Of a DNA stretch of 64,000 bases, positions 59,347-64,000 are shown in pieces. Source of the stretch: Acidobacteriota bacterium (GTDB lineage Bacteria; Acidobacteriota; UBA6911; RPQK01; JAJDTT01); contig CBDCJH010000002.1 in NCBI GenBank assembly GCA_965217775.1, forward strand, positions 352,001-416,000, written 5' to 3'. The position numbers and the translations under genes are program-made. The notes below the pieces were generated by a model. It had not been told where the DNA came from and searched no databases. It saw only the letters and a program-made list of their open reading frames with translations. The first letter of the stretch is position 1; every line of letters begins with the position of its first letter.

Positions 59347-60129
59347 TCACCTTTGGGCCGCATCCCTGGTTCCCACGATCAATACAGTTTGTATAGGCAA
59401 CAGGAAGTCTCCCCCCTTCCGCCTGATGTTCAAGGCCTCCAGGAATGAACTCGGGGCCTTCTGCAGACGAGCTCGGATCTCCGCTTCCGCCTCTGTTCCA
59501 GAGGATGCTATCTCGCACCACCTGCGTACAGTCTGCCCCTGAGGTCGCTCCGATAATCTAGCCTTCAACACTTCCACCTTCAGCCCCCTGCTCTCGAATA
59601 TGGATCTCCACCTCGCGGCCGTGTAGCTCCGAACGTGGGTTGGATCATGAAGAAGTTCCAGCTTGTGATTAAACTCGTCAACGTCAGCGTTTTCGTGTCC
59701 TTCGAGATCGATAATCGCTACCCGCCCGTCGCTCTTCGTGAGCCGAACCATTTCTGCCACCGCGCGATCCACATCATCGAAATGGTGGGGGGCCAGCCGC
59801 GATAAAACCAAGTCGAACTGGTGTCCCCGCAGGGGAATCGAATCAGCGTACGCCTCGACAGTCTCCACCTCGATCCCCCGCTCCACTGCCAATCGCCGAA
59901 AGGCGTCCAACATGCTGGGCGCCGGGTCAACTCCTACGAGTCTCCCGGCACAGGTGGCAAAGGACAGCGCCAGGTGGCCAGCGCCACACGCGACGTCACA
60001 TACGGATGCCCCAGGCTCCAGATTCACGAGCTGATGAAGAAGCCTGATCGTTGGGCTCATGGAGTGGACTTCGCTCGTCGCATAGTTATCAGCAAATTTG
60101 TCGAAGCGATCACGCGATTCGTTCGTCAC
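59347..60129 (-). CDS. Class I SAM-dependent methyltransferase
   Basis: DVACGAG, GVD, FDLVLSRLAPHHF, DPTHVR motifs; RBS AGGAGG upstream of the GTG start. Confidence 0.88.
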   Translation of the reverse strand: MTNESRDRFDKFADNYATSEVHSMSPTIRLLHQLVNLEPGASVCDVACGAGHLALSFATCAGRLVGVDPAPSMLDAFRRLAVERGIEVETVEAYADSIPLRGHQFDLVLSRLAPHHFDDVDRAVAEMVRLTKSDGRVAIIDLEGHENADVDEFNHKLELLHDPTHVRSYTAARWRSIFESRGLKVEVLKARLSERPQGQTVRRWCEIASSGTEAEAEIRARLQKAPSSFLEALNIRRKGGDFLLPIQTVLIVGTRDAAQR

Positions 60130-60278
60130 TTTGCACCCTCCTTCTGGAACCTCCGATCTCGACCCAGCGGTTCATCAGGGCCGAGTCCACTCGTTTTGAG
60201 AAGACTCCCATGTCCTCTTGCAAACCTGTTCAAGTGACCCGCCTATCCGTTGATGCATGAAGACGGCAATAATCTCCT

Positions 60279-60570
60279 CGTGGAATGCCTCCCCCAACAG
60301 TGTTGGCTTTAGCGGAAGAATGACTCCCCCGTGGAATGCTTCCCCCAACAGTGTTGGCTTTAGCGGAAGAATGACTCCCGTTAGCGGAAGAATGACTCCC
60401 CGAAAAATAGACTGTCCCCTTCTGGCTGTGCTGACTTCGCCGGCTGCGAACCGACGGGAGAGCCGGTCAGAGGGGAGAGAAGCGGACTGTCCCCTTCTGA
60501 GGGGAGAGAAGCGTGCCCAGGTCCGAGTTCATGCCCTGACTTCGCTGGCTGCGAACCGACGGGAGAGCCG
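60279..60570. repeat. Nested local duplications around two 'right' sites
   Basis: 51-bp unit twice plus a ~21-bp partial (60279-60401); AGACTGTCCCCTTC (60409-22); GACTGTCCCCTTC (60485-97) between two GAGGGGAGAGAAGCG copies; 35-bp repeat 60431-65 / 60536-70. Confidence 0.85.
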
Positions 60571-60571
60571 A

Positions 60572-62293
60572 TCAGGCCTCGACCGAAAGGGTCCGCATTC
60601 GGTTGACGGCCATGGCCACCTCGTAGCGCCGGGGCCGGGCCAGATTGCCCACCTTGAACCGAGACAGGATCTCCAGCCCTCCGGCGTCCAGATCGTCCAG
60701 GAGCCGGGTCAGAGCCTGCTCCAGGGTCAGATCGTCCGTAAAGTAACGAGTCGCCATATGGTGGATGGCGAGTCCGATGGCCCGGGTCTGTGAGGAATCC
60801 ACCAACTGTTCCAGGGCGGACAGATCGATGTCGGCGCGGCCGTAGGAGAGTTTGCGCAATCCCCTGGCGTCGATCTTGACGGCCCGCCTGCCCCGCCTGG
60901 CGTCGAAGCTGCGTGCCCGGGGACGGCGCCGGAGCACGCGCCCGAAGTCGTCACCTCCTTCCCGCCGGCGCCGGCTGGGCTGTTCCGCGACGATGGATCG
61001 GGCCTCGGCGCTGACGTCCAGGGGACGATATTCGTCCATCATCACCACCGAGTCGGCCACGTCGAAGTAGTCTCCGGACCCGCCCATGACCAGGATCGTC
61101 GAGACGCCGTAGTCTCGAAACATCTGCCGGACCTTGTCGATGAAGGGGGTGATGGGCTCCTTGGGTTTGGCCACCAATGCCTGCATCCGGGCGTCCCGGA
61201 TGATGAAGTTGGTGGCAGAGGTGTCCTCGTCCATGAGCAGGAGCCGGGAGCCCATTTCCAGGGCCTCCACGATGCCGGCCGCCTGTGAGGTGGACCCGGA
61301 CGCATTCTCGGTGGAAAAAGTCTCCGTTTCTCTACCGAGCGGGAGGTTTCGAATGAAGGGGGACAGATCCACGTTCTCCACGGAGCGTCCGTCTTCGGCC
61401 CGTATCTTGAGAGCGGACCCGATGGTGACCACTCCTTCCCGTCCGTCGCCGGGGATCTGGTTGTAGACGCCCCGCTCCAGTGCGTTAAGCAGAGTGGTCT
61501 TTCCATGGAAGCCCCCTCCCACGATGAGGGTGACGCCCGATTTCAAACCCATTCCCCGAACCGGTCCCGCGTTCGGCCTTTCGAGTTCGACTTCCAGGTT
61601 CGCGGGAGATCGGAAATCGATCACCGGTTGCGCTGGGGTGGGGACGAGAGGGCGATCGTCCACGCCGCTGCGGCGTGGCAGGGAGGACCCGTTGGCCAAG
61701 AAGGCCACGAGTCCCCGCTTGACAAGCTGGTTGCGGAGCGCTTCCTGGTCTTCCACGACCCGGATCTGCCTCCGGAGCTGCTCTCGAGGAAGGCGGGCGT
61801 AGAAGACGGACCGGCGAACGATCCGGGGGAGTTCCGAAAGCAGCATCTCCGCCGCTTGGCGGCCACGGATCGACCGCCCGGCGGCGGGAAGACCGGCCGT
61901 GAAGCGGGCCTCCAGAAATCTGCGGTGGATGACGACGCTGTTGGCCTCCAGGACCTCCTGGTTCCCGCGATCGATCTCGAAGAGGCCGCTGCGTCCGGTC
62001 CCGCGGCGCCCCGAGGAGGTCACGCGGATGGCCCGATGAAAGGCCCGGGTCAGGAAGTCGGCCAAGGCAATGCGCCGGACCCGGCTCGTGCTCAGGGAAT
62101 CGGGAAAGCCGGCTCGGGCCGACTCCACGCGAACGCTCATCCGGGAGGGAGCGGCGAAAGGGTCCCCTTGCACGTGGTCGACCGAGAGCTGGAACCCGCC
62201 CAGGTCGTACGTTCCCCGGATGTCCCGGTAAGCCTTGTAGCCGCGGCCGTCGATCCGTCTGAGGATCGTTTCCAGATCCGCTCCCGTCGCCAT
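60572..62293 (-). CDS. ABC-class ATPase domain protein (COG3044-like)
   Basis: IDGRGYKAY, DHVQGDPFA, GGGFHGKTT, IRAEDGR, ASGSTSQA and DEDTSATNF motifs. The start may be 62308. Confidence 0.85.
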   Translation of the reverse strand: MATGADLETILRRIDGRGYKAYRDIRGTYDLGGFQLSVDHVQGDPFAAPSRMSVRVESARAGFPDSLSTSRVRRIALADFLTRAFHRAIRVTSSGRRGTGRSGLFEIDRGNQEVLEANSVVIHRRFLEARFTAGLPAAGRSIRGRQAAEMLLSELPRIVRRSVFYARLPREQLRRQIRVVEDQEALRNQLVKRGLVAFLANGSSLPRRSGVDDRPLVPTPAQPVIDFRSPANLEVELERPNAGPVRGMGLKSGVTLIVGGGFHGKTTLLNALERGVYNQIPGDGREGVVTIGSALKIRAEDGRSVENVDLSPFIRNLPLGRETETFSTENASGSTSQAAGIVEALEMGSRLLLMDEDTSATNFIIRDARMQALVAKPKEPITPFIDKVRQMFRDYGVSTILVMGGSGDYFDVADSVVMMDEYRPLDVSAEARSIVAEQPSRRRREGGDDFGRVLRRRPRARSFDARRGRRAVKIDARGLRKLSYGRADIDLSALEQLVDSSQTRAIGLAIHHMATRYFTDDLTLEQALTRLLDDLDAGGLEILSRFKVGNLARPRRYEVAMAVNRMRTLSVEA

Positions 62294-62424
62294 CGGTCGT
62301 AACCTCATCGAACTCTCCAGCCGGCCGCCGCTTCCGGTCGTCCACATCGCGCAGCGTCCGGCCGACCCACTGTACCGGCGCGTTCCGGGTATAATCCACC
62401 CCGTTTGGTGGCGTCTCCACGGGC

Positions 62425-63096
62425 GTGAGAAATGTGGTGCAGGAACTCCCGGTGAAAGTCTCGTCGAGCACGGGCCGTACGCCATGGGGGGTCTTGTCCG
62501 GGGCTCTTGGCGTCGTCCGGGGCCTCTACGATTGGGTGCTCTCGTTGGCCCACCGGCGGTACGCGGCCGCCATTCTGTTCGTGATCGCCTTCGCCGAGTC
62601 GTCCTTCTTCCCGGTTCCCCCCGACGTGCTTCTGATCGCCCTGGCTTTGGGCGCCCCCGGCCGGGCCCTGGGATTCGCGGCCATCTGTACGGCCGGGTCG
62701 GTGGCGGGGGGCGCGTTGGGCTACGTGCTTGGCCTCTACTTCTACGAGCTGGTGGGCCGGCCCATCATCGAGATCTACGGCGCCCAGAGTGCGTACCTGG
62801 ACGTCCAGGCCCTATACCGGGAATGGGACGCCATCGCCATCTTCGTCGCGGGCTTCACACCGCTTCCGTACAAGGTCTTCACCATCGCGGCGGGGGCGTT
62901 CCGGATCGATTTCCCGACCTTCATCCTGGTTTCGGCCGTCAGCCGGGGAGCTCGATTCCTGCTGGTCGGGGCACTCATTTTCCGATTCGGTCCCGGGGTC
63001 AAACAGATCATCGACCGCTACTTCAGTTGGCTGACCGTGGTCTTCGCGGTTCTCCTGATCGGTGGATTCCTGCTCCTGAGATATGCTATTTTTTAG
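62425..63096 (+). CDS. DedA/YqaA (VTT-domain) membrane protein
   Basis: [34 protein letters not shown] and SRGARF motifs; start uncertain. Confidence 0.88.
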   Translation: MRNVVQELPVKVSSSTGRTPWGVLSGALGVVRGLYDWVLSLAHRRYAAAILFVIAFAESSFFPVPPDVLLIALALGAPGRALGFAAICTAGSVAGGALGYVLGLYFYELVGRPIIEIYGAQSAYLDVQALYREWDAIAIFVAGFTPLPYKVFTIAAGAFRIDFPTFILVSAVSRGARFLLVGALIFRFGPGVKQIIDRYFSWLTVVFAVLLIGGFLLLRYAIF

Positions 63097-63110
63097 CCGT
63101 TCTCCTGCCT

Positions 63111-63187
<77 letters not shown>

Positions 63188-63260
63188 GACACAATCTGGT
63201 TACCGAAGGCTTTTCTCAGCGTCGCCCGGAATCGGAACGGGCGAATCACGGGTGGATGTC

Positions 63261-63530
63261 ATGGCTGCTCGCCGCTATCGATTGACGGGCCGGGTCCAAG
63301 GCGTGGGCTTTCGGTATTTCACATACAGGTCGGCCCAGCGCCTGGGGGTGAAGGGTTGGGTCCGCAACCGGGACGATGGGGACGTGGAGGTCCACGCCGA
63401 GGCTGAGTCCCCCATCCTGAAGGAATTTGAAGGGCACCTGCGGTCGGGTCCATTCTTTGCCCGGGTCCTGGGCCTGGAGTGGACCAACGTGTCTACGGGT
63501 CCGTTCCTGAACTTTTCCATCGAGAGGTGA
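63261..63530 (+). CDS. acyP: Acylphosphatase
   Basis: GRVQGVGFR and GWVRN..DG.VE motifs. Confidence 0.92.
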   Translation: MAARRYRLTGRVQGVGFRYFTYRSAQRLGVKGWVRNRDDGDVEVHAEAESPILKEFEGHLRSGPFFARVLGLEWTNVSTGPFLNFSIER

Positions 63531-63533
63531 GCC

Positions 63534-64000
63534 GTGGAGGAATTGAAGAAGAAAATCCGGGAGATCCCTGACTTTCCCAAGGAGGGGATCCTCTTCTATG
63601 ACGTGACGACCCTGCTGAAGGACGCTGACGGACTGCGTCAGGCCATCGATCTCATGGTGGACCCTTATGTCGGCGCCGGAATCGACAAGGTGGTGGGGAT
63701 CGAATCGAGGGGATTCATCCTGGCGCCGGCCATGGCAGTTCGTCTGGGAGCCGGATTCGTCCTGGTCCGAAAGCCGGGCAAGCTTCCCGCCAAGACCATC
63801 GAGGTCGCCTACGATCTGGAATACGGACAGGATCGCATCGAGGTCCATGAGGACGCCATCGAAGCCGGTGAGCGGGTCCTGATCGTGGATGATCTGATGG
63901 CCACGGGGGGCACGGCCGCCGCCTGCGTCGAATTGGTCCGCCGTTTGGAGGGGAACCTGGTCGGCGCGGCCTTTCTGGTGGAGCTGGAGTTTCTTCAGGG
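63534..64000 (+). CDS. apt: Adenine phosphoribosyltransferase (runs off the window end)
   Basis: Translated by hand from GTG 63534: [42 protein letters not shown] and [11 protein letters not shown]. Confidence 0.93.
   Translation, partial: MEELKKKIREIPDFPKEGILFYDVTTLLKDADGLRQAIDLMVDPYVGAGIDKVVGIESRGFILAPAMAVRLGAGFVLVRKPGKLPAKTIEVAYDLEYGQDRIEVHEDAIEAGERVLIVDDLMATGGTAAACVELVRRLEGNLVGAAFLVELEFLQ

Noticed and set aside
56690-60570. CRISPR array
   Set aside because: Repeats are irregularly spaced and occur in both orientations, there are no constant-length unique spacers, and no cas genes are present.
60257-60793. ORF with repeated WNASPNSVGFSGRMTP peptide as a RiPP precursor
   Set aside because: The peptide repeat is a by-product of the 51-bp DNA duplication, and the ORF runs through the site motifs and antisense into the ATPase gene.

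Overview
GC-rich bacterial chromosome segment, probably Acidobacteriota (inferred from the Oar-like TonB-dependent receptor and general gene content). From left to right: the end of an MqnC-like radical SAM gene; an argR-argG-argH-argF operon; a Yip1 protein, an Asp-box/BNR protein, metK, xdhC and a rhomboid protease; a form II-type coxG-S-L-M-D-E-mocA molybdo-flavoenzyme cluster; an SSS transporter; map; a PotABCD-like ABC importer; a small AT-richer islet (vapBC plus ATPase/DUF4276); Fe-ADH, YyaL, anSME, a second vapBC and an AddAB-like helicase-nuclease pair; a PQQ-repeat protein; an uncharacterised operon (GT4-ABC ATPase fusion, large permease, HemN-like radical SAM, flavin halogenase-like enzyme, thioesterase, PaaK-like ligase); a TonB-dependent receptor; a Y1/HUH (RAYT-like) transposase region; an ABC-class ATPase, DedA/YqaA, tRNA-Pro(CGG), acyP and the start of apt. 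The most unusual part is 56.6-60.6 kb. Short 'left' (GGAAAGGGACAGTCTCGATTYCC) and 'right' (AGACTGTCCCCTTC) sites bracket the HUH transposase and, separately, a methyltransferase gene, as in a cassette array. One site is fused to a 927-bp duplicate of the receptor 3' end, and micro-duplications surround the sites. Also notable are a 158-bp MITE in two copies (one separating map from its Shine-Dalgarno), a tandem 18-bp palindromic operator candidate, and an ACRGAGR variant of the CoxL active-site loop. All calls come from reading motifs by eye; no database search was run.
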